NCBI RefSeq assembly: GCF_003945235.1
Contig: NZ_RSDW01000001.1
Coordinates: 5,190,001 to 5,222,000, forward strand
Direction: 5' to 3'
Source: Edaphobacter aggregans
GTDB taxonomy: Bacteria; Acidobacteriota; Terriglobia; Terriglobales; Acidobacteriaceae
Length of the DNA: 32,000 bases
Positions 1 to 6,537 of this stretch are shown here, piece by piece; the stretch's first letter is position 1; each line of letters begins with the position of its first letter. The notes beneath the pieces are model-generated. The model was given only the letters and a program-made list of their open reading frames with translations. It did not search any database and was not told where the DNA came from. A program made the translations under genes and the position numbers.

Positions 1-655
1 TTGAGGTGCGCATCCAATCGAGGTACTGGACGAACCAGCTTCGAACTTCCCCAGAACCGGTGAGAGCGCTGGCTTCGGTCAACAACGTTGCGGCACGGGC
101 GACCTCGACCAATTGTAGGGTGTCGATGATGCCGATGCCGCGTCCTTTGTTCACGCCGAAGATCGCCTGCGCGTGTTCCAGGTTTGGATTCATCCTGGTT
201 GCCGCATCTACGAACCAGGCGCGAAGATGCTTACCCGCGTGGTCAGCATACTTTTTCTGTCTGGTTAGAACCCAGGCGGCTGTTAGCGCAGGTACGATCA
301 GGCTAAGTCGCACCATGGCCTCGCGATGCTCGTTGAAGTTGGCAGGGTTGGAGAAGCCGTCGCGACGAATGTAGGGACCGCCCGGATTCTTTGGATCGGG
401 CCACCAGTAGTCGCCTTCGGAGTAGAAGTCGTGTGGGCCGCCGGGGCTTCGGTCGCATTTGGCGGCCGTCACCGTGATGGGCTGTGCCGAAAGATATTTG
501 TCTGCTGCGGCAAAGATACGAGCGCGATCGGTGAGAGCGACAAGGCCGAAGAGGGAGCCGGCAGACGGCTCTGTTGCCCAGGCAGGTGCGAGGGCAACGC
601 TGGCCGCAGTGGCTCCGGCAATCGAACAAAACTCCCGTCGGGTTAGAACTTTCAT
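1..655 (-). CDS. Alginate-lyase-family (PF05426-like) polysaccharide lyase, Tat-exported. Only the N-terminal ~218 codons are present; the gene runs off the left edge.
   Basis: Not in the supplied ORF track because there is no stop codon in the window. My reverse-strand translation from ATG at 655 (preceded in frame by a stop) stays open to position 1. It reads MKVLTRREFCSIAGATAASVALAPAWATEP...HDFYSEGDYWWPDPKNPGGPYIRRDGFSNPANFNEH...RSWFVQYLDWMRTS. It has a twin-arginine signal (TRREF, hydrophobic core, AWA cleavage motif). The DFYSEGDYWWPDP/RRDG block is what I associate with alginate-lyase-family proteins. The listed ORFs 6..374(+) and 303..764(-) are other frames of this gene. Confidence 0.6.
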   Translation of the reverse strand, partial: MKVLTRREFCSIAGATAASVALAPAWATEPSAGSLFGLVALTDRARIFAAADKYLSAQPITVTAAKCDRSPGGPHDFYSEGDYWWPDPKNPGGPYIRRDGFSNPANFNEHREAMVRLSLIVPALTAAWVLTRQKKYADHAGKHLRAWFVDAATRMNPNLEHAQAIFGVNKGRGIGIIDTLQLVEVARAATLLTEASALTGSGEVRSWFVQYLDWMRTS

Positions 656-799
656 CCTTCAGTATTACCTTTCGCTGGCGGAAGATTTCGGGTTTGCAGC
701 GAGTGCCAATCTGCACCCGTCGAATGATAACGGCTTCTATGCAAAAGAACATCAGGGAGCTCATAAGACAAAGAATTTACTGGACTTTCATGCTATGTC

Positions 800-829
800 T
801 TGACGAAATGAATGACCATTCAGTATGCT
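800..829 (+). promoter_or_regulatory. Candidate sigma70-type promoter of the fad operon, with an operator-like inverted repeat in the spacer
   Basis: TTGACG at 800-805 and TATGCT at 824-829 (18-nt spacer; GTATGC at 17 nt is the alternative). A perfect inverted repeat TGAATG-AC-CATTCA (809-822) sits entirely inside the spacer, the classical repressor-occlusion geometry. Sequence pattern only. Confidence 0.4.
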
Positions 830-868
830 TCATCGCGTTCGGGAATATTTCCCATCGGAGCCTGCCTG

Positions 869-3358
869 ATGCCGCCCAGCACCACCGCTGCAACGAAACA
901 GATTCGCAAAGTCGCTGTCCTTGGCGCTGGAACCATGGGGTCGCGTATCGCTGCGCACATCGCGAATGCCGGCTTGCCTGTGGTGCTGCTCGACATCGTT
1001 CCCCCAGGAACCGCGACGGACGCTTCGAAGGCTGAGCGCAGCAAATTTGTTCTCAGCGCGCTGGATGGATTGAAGAAGTCCAAACCTGCGGCCTTTTACA
1101 TTCCTGAGAGCGCACGCTTGATCACGATAGGGAACTTCGATGATGATCTTGCGCTGATTGCCGACTGTGATTGGGTCATCGAGGTGGTCGCGGAGAATCT
1201 TGAGATTAAGCACGCGCTGCTGCAAAGGGCGGAGCAGCATCTTCGTGCTGGCTCAATTCTGACGACCAATACGAGCGGCCTGCCCATCGCCAACATTGCA
1301 GCCGGTCTCAAGCCCGAGACGCGGGCACGGTTTTTCGGGACGCATTTTTTCAACCCACCTCGTTACATGAGATTGCTCGAGATCATTCCTACGCACGAGA
1401 CGGACTCTGAGGCTATGGCCACGCTTGCGCACTTCTGCGATCAGCGGCTTGGGAAGACGATCGTTCGCTCGCACGATACGCCGAACTTCATCGCCAACCG
1501 CATCGGGACGTTCAGTATGGGGAATGCGATTCGGCTGATGCAGGAGCAAGGGCTGACCATCGAAGAGGTAGACGCGTTGACAGGATCAGCGCTGGGGTGG
1601 CCGAAGACTGGGACCTTCCGACTGGGCGACATGGTTGGGATCGACGTGCTGGCGCATGTCGCGAATAACTTTTCTGCGCAGGCTGCCGCGATCAAGGATG
1701 AACGAGCGGAGATCGTGCTGGCTCCATTTATCGGCAAGATGATCGAGCAGAAATGGCTCGGAGATAAAGTGGGGCAGGGGTTTTACAAGAAGGCGGGCAA
1801 GGACGCGGAGGGACGTGATCTGCGGCACGTTCTCGATTGGCAGACGCTCGACTACAAGCCAGTAACGCGTCCGAAGTTTCCCGCGATCGATATGGCGAAG
1901 AATGTAGAGTCAACTGGCGCACGGGTAGCGCAGCTGCTTCATGCCGATGTTCGTACGGATAAGGCTGCGCGATTTTACTGGCCGCTGCTGACGGAGTTGT
2001 TTACGTATGCGGCCAATCGCGTCTCGAACACTGGCGATGAGCCGGCGGACAACATCGTCGAGATCGACAAGGCCATGAAGACGGGCTTCAACTGGGAGCT
2101 TGGCCCGTTCGAGATGTTCGACGCTGCGGGTGTGCGTGCAACGGTGGAGAAGATGCGGGCCGAGGGTGCGCCGATTGCGGCTAATATTGAGAAACTCCTC
2201 GCGTATCCGCATGCACTCAGCGAGCCTGGCCCCACATGGTATAAGGACGACCCTACAACACCTAGTGGCCGCCAATACTTTGATGTAACTTCCGGTACGT
2301 ACAAACCTGTCCCTGTCGCTGAGGGAGTTACTTCGCTCGGCGTGATCAAGAAGGCGAAGGGCATGGTGAAGAAGAACCCCGGCGCATCTGTCGTCGATTT
2401 AGGCGATGGCGTGGCGGCGATTGAGCTGCACTCGAAGATGAATGCGTTGGGCGACGATATTGTCTCGTTGATTACGCAGACACTGAAGCCTTCGAGCCAA
2501 CAGGTTGCGGACTTCGAGGCTTTCGTTATTACAGGTGATTCGACGAATTTTTCCGTTGGCGCGAATCTGATGCAGTTGCTCCTCGGGATTCAGGAAGAGG
2601 AGTGGGACGAGGTGGAGTTGGCCGTGAAGGCGTTCCAGAATATGACGCAGGCGATCAAATTCTGTCCTCGGCCAGTGGTAGTTGCGCCTTACGGAATGTG
2701 CCTGGGCGGAGGCGTTGAGATCTCGCTTCATGCTGCGGCGCGTCAACCTCATGCGGAGCTGTATATGGGCCTGGTTGAGGCTGGTGTCGGGCTGATCCCT
2801 GGCGGCGGTGGCTGCAAGGAGATGCTGCTGCGCTCGGTTGATGCGGGGTCGAGTATTCGACCGGATGCGCGTGGCGAGGGTGTGGAGATTTTTGAAGCGC
2901 TGAAGAAGACCTTCGAGACAATTGCCAAGGCAACAGTTTCGACTTCAGCTGCGGAAGCGCGTGCGCTGGGGTTCCTCAGGCCTTCGGACAACATTACGGT
3001 GAACCGCGACCGGTTGCTAACCGATGCCAAGCTGCGGGCGCGCGCTCTCGCGGACGCAGGTTACACTGCGCCAGTTGTGCGAACTGATATTCCGGCGCCG
3101 GGCGAGTCTGTACTGGCTACGTTGAAGCTAGCCGTCTGGACGATGCGCGAAGGGCAGTACATCTCCGACCACGACGCCAAGGTGGCGAACTGGGTTGCGT
3201 ATGCGCTTGCGGGCGGCAAGGTTATGCCGGGCACGCTGGTGAGCGAACAGTATCTGCTTGAACTTGAGCGTGAGGCATTCCTCTCTCTGTGCGGCGAGAA
3301 GAAGACGCAGGAGCGCATCGCCTTTACGTTGAAGACCGGTAAACCGCTTAGGAATTAG
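869..3358 (+). CDS. fadN: Bifunctional 3-hydroxyacyl-CoA dehydrogenase / enoyl-CoA hydratase (FadN-type domain order)
   Basis: ORF 812..3358. It has an N-terminal Rossmann motif VAVLGAGTMGSRIA, a 3-hydroxyacyl-CoA dehydrogenase core (FFGTHFFNPPRYMRLLEIIP, DTPNFIANRI) and a C-terminal crotonase-like region (VVVAPYGMCLGGGVEISL). The dehydrogenase-then-hydratase order matches B. subtilis FadN rather than E. coli FadB. I set the start at ATG 869 (MPPSTT..., GGAG 8 nt upstream, downstream of the predicted -10). ATG 812 lies inside the predicted promoter/operator but remains a possible alternative. Confidence 0.88.
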   Translation: MPPSTTAATKQIRKVAVLGAGTMGSRIAAHIANAGLPVVLLDIVPPGTATDASKAERSKFVLSALDGLKKSKPAAFYIPESARLITIGNFDDDLALIADCDWVIEVVAENLEIKHALLQRAEQHLRAGSILTTNTSGLPIANIAAGLKPETRARFFGTHFFNPPRYMRLLEIIPTHETDSEAMATLAHFCDQRLGKTIVRSHDTPNFIANRIGTFSMGNAIRLMQEQGLTIEEVDALTGSALGWPKTGTFRLGDMVGIDVLAHVANNFSAQAAAIKDERAEIVLAPFIGKMIEQKWLGDKVGQGFYKKAGKDAEGRDLRHVLDWQTLDYKPVTRPKFPAIDMAKNVESTGARVAQLLHADVRTDKAARFYWPLLTELFTYAANRVSNTGDEPADNIVEIDKAMKTGFNWELGPFEMFDAAGVRATVEKMRAEGAPIAANIEKLLAYPHALSEPGPTWYKDDPTTPSGRQYFDVTSGTYKPVPVAEGVTSLGVIKKAKGMVKKNPGASVVDLGDGVAAIELHSKMNALGDDIVSLITQTLKPSSQQVADFEAFVITGDSTNFSVGANLMQLLLGIQEEEWDEVELAVKAFQNMTQAIKFCPRPVVVAPYGMCLGGGVEISLHAAARQPHAELYMGLVEAGVGLIPGGGGCKEMLLRSVDAGSSIRPDARGEGVEIFEALKKTFETIAKATVSTSAAEARALGFLRPSDNITVNRDRLLTDAKLRARALADAGYTAPVVRTDIPAPGESVLATLKLAVWTMREGQYISDHDAKVANWVAYALAGGKVMPGTLVSEQYLLELEREAFLSLCGEKKTQERIAFTLKTGKPLRN

Positions 3359-3368
3359 GAGCAGTCCC

Positions 3369-4550
3369 ATGAAAGACGTCATCATTGCATCTGCTGTTCG
3401 AACCGCTGTAGGCAAAGCACCGCGTGGAATGCTGCGCACGGCTCGTCCCGACGATCTCGCTGCATTCGCTATCAACGGCGCGTTGTGTCGCGTTCCGCAA
3501 CTCGATAAGTCCGAGGTCGAGGATGTAATTCTAGGTTGCGCAATGCCTGAGGCCGAACAGGGAATGAATGTTGCACGCGTGGCAAGCTTTCGTGCGGGTT
3601 TGCCAATTACAGCTTCCGGAATGACGATCAATCGTTACTGTGCGTCAGGGCTGCAATCGATTGCGATTGCCGTGGATCGGATTCGCGGTGGATCGGCAGA
3701 TGTGATCGTAGCGGGCGGCACGGAGAGCATGTCGTATGTGCCGTTCGGCGGGAATAAGATCTCGGTAAATCCTTGGCTGGTGGAGAACTATCCCGGTTCT
3801 TATATGTCGATGGGGCTGACGGCGGAGAGAGTCGCGGCGCACTATGGCATTACGCGTGAGGCTATGGATCAGTTTTCGTACGAGAGCCATCAGAAGGCGC
3901 TGGCTGCGATTGCGGCGGACAGGTTTGACGATGAGATTGTTGCGGTTCCAGTGGTGACGACTACAGCAAACGGGAAGGGTAAGGCTAAGACTGTTGAGTC
4001 GATCTTCAAGCAGGATGAAGGGCCGCGCGCGGATACATCGCTGGAAGCGTTGGCCAAACTGAAGCCTGTCTTCCATGCGAAGGGGACCGTGACCGCGGGG
4101 AACTCTTCGCAAACTTCTGATGGGGCCGCAGCTGCTGTTGTCATGTCGGCTGAACGTGCGGCGCAGTTGGGAATTAAGCCGATGGCGAAGTTTATTGCGT
4201 TCGCGTATGCGGGATGCGACCCGGAGGAAATGGGGATTGGGCCGATTCATGCCATTCCCAAGGCGCTCCAGATGGCTGGGCTAAGCCTTGATCAGATCGA
4301 TGTGATTGAGCTGAATGAGGCGTTTGCCGCGCAATCGTTGGCTGTGATCAAAGTGTTAGGGATTGATCCCGCAAAGCTCAATGTGAACGGCGGAGCGATC
4401 GCACTTGGACATCCGTTGGGATGTACCGGAGCCAAGCTGACGGCTACTTTGATGCGGGAGATGCCGCGACGTAAGGCAAAGTATGGCATGGTGACGATGT
4501 GCGTTGGTGGTGGTATGGGCGCGGCTGGGATCTTCGAGGCTATGAACTAA
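3369..4550 (+). CDS. fadA: Acetyl-CoA C-acyltransferase (3-ketoacyl-CoA thiolase)
   Basis: 393 aa. Thiolase signatures: [11 protein letters not shown] (nucleophilic Cys), [16 protein letters not shown] and [19 protein letters not shown] lies 6 nt upstream, and the gene starts 10 nt after the fadN stop. Confidence 0.93.
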   Translation: MKDVIIASAVRTAVGKAPRGMLRTARPDDLAAFAINGALCRVPQLDKSEVEDVILGCAMPEAEQGMNVARVASFRAGLPITASGMTINRYCASGLQSIAIAVDRIRGGSADVIVAGGTESMSYVPFGGNKISVNPWLVENYPGSYMSMGLTAERVAAHYGITREAMDQFSYESHQKALAAIAADRFDDEIVAVPVVTTTANGKGKAKTVESIFKQDEGPRADTSLEALAKLKPVFHAKGTVTAGNSSQTSDGAAAAVVMSAERAAQLGIKPMAKFIAFAYAGCDPEEMGIGPIHAIPKALQMAGLSLDQIDVIELNEAFAAQSLAVIKVLGIDPAKLNVNGGAIALGHPLGCTGAKLTATLMREMPRRKAKYGMVTMCVGGGMGAAGIFEAMN

Positions 4551-4599
4551 AAAATTGTGCTCAACATGGTTTTAAAGAAATTGTTTGAGGTGAAATGCG

Positions 4600-6411
4600 A
4601 TGGCAACGATGACCACGGTTCCGACTCCAACGGCAAAGCGTATCCCCGGCGGCAGTTTCCTGATCTCCGACGTTACCCCTGCCGATTGCTTCTTCCCGGA
4701 AGACTTCACCGAAGAGCACAGACAGATCGCGCAGACGACGGCAGACTTCGCCATGAACGAGATCGTGCCTGTCTCCGACCAGATTGAGGCTAAGGATTTT
4801 TCCGTGACTCGGCGATTGATCAAGGAGGCCAGCGAGCTTGGGCTGACTTCGGTCGATATTCCCGAGGAGTACGGCGGCCTTGAGATGGACAAGGTTACAT
4901 CTGCCATCATTGCGGACAACATCGCCAAGCAGGGTAGCTTTTCGGTGGCGTTTTCTGCGCACGTTGGCATCGGCACTCTGCCCATCATCTGGTATGGAAC
5001 GGCGGAGCAAAAGCAGAAGTATCTGCCTAAGTTGGCAAGCGGCGAGTTCATTGGAGCTTATGCATTGTCGGAGTCGACCTCTGGCTCGGATGCGGTGAAT
5101 GCTCGTACGCGGGCGGTACTGTCGGAAGATGGTTCGACCTACACACTTAACGGCGAAAAGATGTGGATCACGAATGCGGGGTTCGCCGATCTCTTTACGA
5201 TCTTCGCTAAGTGTGAGGTCAAAGAGGGTAAGGACGCTGGCAAGGAGCGGCTGACGGCGTTTCTGGTTGAAAAGGGAACGCCCGGTTTTACGGTTGGAAA
5301 GGAAGAGCACAAGCTGGGAATCCGCGGCAGCTCGACATGTCCATTGATCCTGGCGGATTGCAAAATTCCTGCTTCGAACCTGCTGGGTGAGGTAGGCAAA
5401 GGGCATCACATCGCGTTCAACATCCTCAACGTCGGGCGGTACAAGCTGGGTAATGCAGCCGTTGGTGGTGCGCGGATGGCGCTTGGGCGCGGCATTGGCT
5501 ATGCGAAGGAGCGCAAGGCATTCGGCAAGTCGATCTCGGAGTTTGGGCTGATTCAGGAGAAGCTGGCTGACTGCGCTGTTGGTGTCTTTGTGGGCGAAGC
5601 GTTGAGCTACCGCACAGTTGGGATGATAGATGCTGCGCTGGCGGGAGTGGACAAGCACGATACGGCGGCGATCCAGAAGGCGATTGAGGACTATGCCGTT
5701 GAGTGCTCGATCGTGAAGGTGTGGGATTCGGAGATGCTCGACAAGGTCGTCGATGAGGTGCTCCAGATATACGCGGGCTATGGCTACGTTGAGGAGTATC
5801 CGGCGGAACGCGCCTATCGCGACTCTCGAATCAACCGCATCTTCGAAGGAACGAACGAGATCAACCGACTGATCATTACGGGGTGGCTGATGAAGTCGGC
5901 GATGAGCGGCAAGCTGGCGCTGATGCCGGCTATCAAGCAACTAATGGACGAAGTGATGGCGGGGCCGACGCCGAAGGAAGATCGTGAAGGGCCGCTGGCG
6001 GAGGAGCACAATCTGCTTGCGTCGGCGAAGAAGCTCGCGCTGTTTGCTGCAGGTTCCGCAACGCAGAAGTATATGCAGAGGCTGGCTGATGAGCAGGAAG
6101 TAATGGGGGCGATTGCCGACATGATCATCGAGGTCTTTGCGATGGAGTCTGCCATCCTGCGCGCGGAGAAGATGGCAACGAAGTCCAGCGCGGAGATTCC
6201 CGTGGCCATGGCGCGCATCTATGCAGCGGGTGCGATGGAGAAGATTGAACTGGCTGCGAGAAAGATCATCGCGGCGGTGGCTGAGGGCGATATGCTTCGG
6301 ACGCAACTCACGATCCTTCGGCGGCTCTCCAAACATGACTCAATAGACACGATCAGTCTTCGTCGTCAGGTGGCGCAGCATGTGATCAAAGCAGGGAAGT
6401 ACGCCATCTGA
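4600..6411 (+). CDS. fadE: Long-form acyl-CoA dehydrogenase (FadE/YusJ-like)
   Basis: 603 aa. ACAD motifs are present: GAYALSESTSGSDA, WITNAGFADLFTIFAK, YAGYGYVEEYPAERAYRDSRINRIFEGTNEI. There is also a ~200-aa C-terminal extension typical of ~600-aa FadE proteins. GAGGTG lies upstream of the ATG. Confidence 0.9.
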   Translation: MATMTTVPTPTAKRIPGGSFLISDVTPADCFFPEDFTEEHRQIAQTTADFAMNEIVPVSDQIEAKDFSVTRRLIKEASELGLTSVDIPEEYGGLEMDKVTSAIIADNIAKQGSFSVAFSAHVGIGTLPIIWYGTAEQKQKYLPKLASGEFIGAYALSESTSGSDAVNARTRAVLSEDGSTYTLNGEKMWITNAGFADLFTIFAKCEVKEGKDAGKERLTAFLVEKGTPGFTVGKEEHKLGIRGSSTCPLILADCKIPASNLLGEVGKGHHIAFNILNVGRYKLGNAAVGGARMALGRGIGYAKERKAFGKSISEFGLIQEKLADCAVGVFVGEALSYRTVGMIDAALAGVDKHDTAAIQKAIEDYAVECSIVKVWDSEMLDKVVDEVLQIYAGYGYVEEYPAERAYRDSRINRIFEGTNEINRLIITGWLMKSAMSGKLALMPAIKQLMDEVMAGPTPKEDREGPLAEEHNLLASAKKLALFAAGSATQKYMQRLADEQEVMGAIADMIIEVFAMESAILRAEKMATKSSAEIPVAMARIYAAGAMEKIELAARKIIAAVAEGDMLRTQLTILRRLSKHDSIDTISLRRQVAQHVIKAGKYAI

Positions 6412-6453
6412 ACAGAACCATCGCATAGAAAGCCAGCCGCAAGGAATAGCACA

Positions 6454-6493
6454 AAAGGACCAGCCCAATCACCCCCCTGGCTGGTCCTTTTCC
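6454..6493 (+). terminator. Rho-independent terminator of the fad operon
   Basis: Perfect 12-bp stem AAAGGACCAGCC (6454-6465) / GGCTGGTCCTTT (6479-6490) with a 13-nt loop, running into TTTTCC. It begins 43 nt after the fadE stop. Confidence 0.8.
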
Positions 6494-6537
6494 ATTGCCT
6501 TTTGGGTACCCTTTTGCAAGGATCGAACGGATACCCT

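Noticed and set aside
6-764. Track ORFs 6..374(+), 303..764(-), 326..646(+), 459..803(+)
   Set aside because: All are alternative frames over the lyase gene that I translated from ATG 655 on the minus strand. None has a signal or motif, while the 655-start frame has a Tat signal and a family motif.
812-868. ATG 812 as the fadN start (ORF-track start)
   Set aside because: It lies inside the predicted operator/promoter spacer and adds a non-conserved-looking leader (MTIQYASSRSGIFPIGACL). ATG 869 has a GGAG and begins just before the Rossmann motif. ATG 812 is kept as a stated alternative.
4561-5940. 459-aa ORF on the minus strand
   Set aside because: It is entirely antisense to the well-supported fadE gene. 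The protein is Arg/Leu/Pro-rich and low-complexity, with no recognisable motif. This is the typical shadow ORF of a GC-rich coding region.
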